A DNA stretch of 64,000 nt from Hyphochytrium catenoides (lineage: Eukaryota > Protista > Hyphochytriomycota): contig FLMG01000284.1 of the NCBI GenBank assembly GCA_900088475.1, positions 48,951 to 112,950 of the forward strand, given 5' to 3'. Each line of letters begins with the position of its first letter. Position 1 is the stretch's first letter. Under the pieces are notes generated by a model. The model was not told where the DNA came from. It did not search any database and saw nothing but the letters and a program-made list of their open reading frames with translations. The position numbers were made by a program, and so were the translations under genes. Below, piece by piece: positions 63,694 to 64,000 of the stretch.

Positions 63694-64000
63694 CGGCTGC
63701 TCCGTCCTCGGCAAAAGTGGGCTTCTCTCTCTTGCTCCTGTTTATCTCTTAGACGACCACACGGAGATCAACGCAATTCTCCTTGGCAGGCCTCTCCTTA
63801 GAGTTCCTTATAAGGTCTTCTCTCTCTCTGCTGGCTCCGTCGGGCTCTACTTGATGTCCGCTGGGATGGGATAAGTGATAGTGAGATGACGGCAGGAGCG
63901 GAAGAAGAGAGCAAGACCAGGGGAAAGAGTATTGTTTGTAGCAAGGGGAGGAGAATGGAGAGGACAGGGAGGTAGGGGGAAAAGAGAGAGAGAGAGAGAG

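Overview
Compact, intron-rich eukaryotic DNA (about 50% GC, mostly short GT-AG introns, (AG)n/(CT)n microsatellites, three N gaps). The domain architectures suggest a stramenopile protist, but that is inference. Splicing exons by hand gives about 13 well-supported genes: a La-motif protein, a 4TM-ankyrin-TIR-TIR protein, a low-complexity protein with a phage-like C-terminal domain, an OTU-like deubiquitinase, RBM39, a long IQ-motif protein, a GNAT acetyltransferase, a 2-TM protein, a PRELI/Ups lipid-transfer protein, PTPMT1, an EGF-PDI, a formin, an F-box protein and ZNF598/Hel2. There is also a probable decayed Mutator-like transposase and several small tandem duplications. The most striking candidate system is the membrane-anchored ankyrin-TIR-TIR protein at 6.1-13.0 kb. 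TIR1 keeps the catalytic NADase glutamate (WCLKEL) and TIR2 has glutamine at that position (ISDQL). It lies next to the phage-like-domain gene and the OTU gene. No rRNA, tRNA or CRISPR array was recognised. All exon models are manual and no database searches were run.
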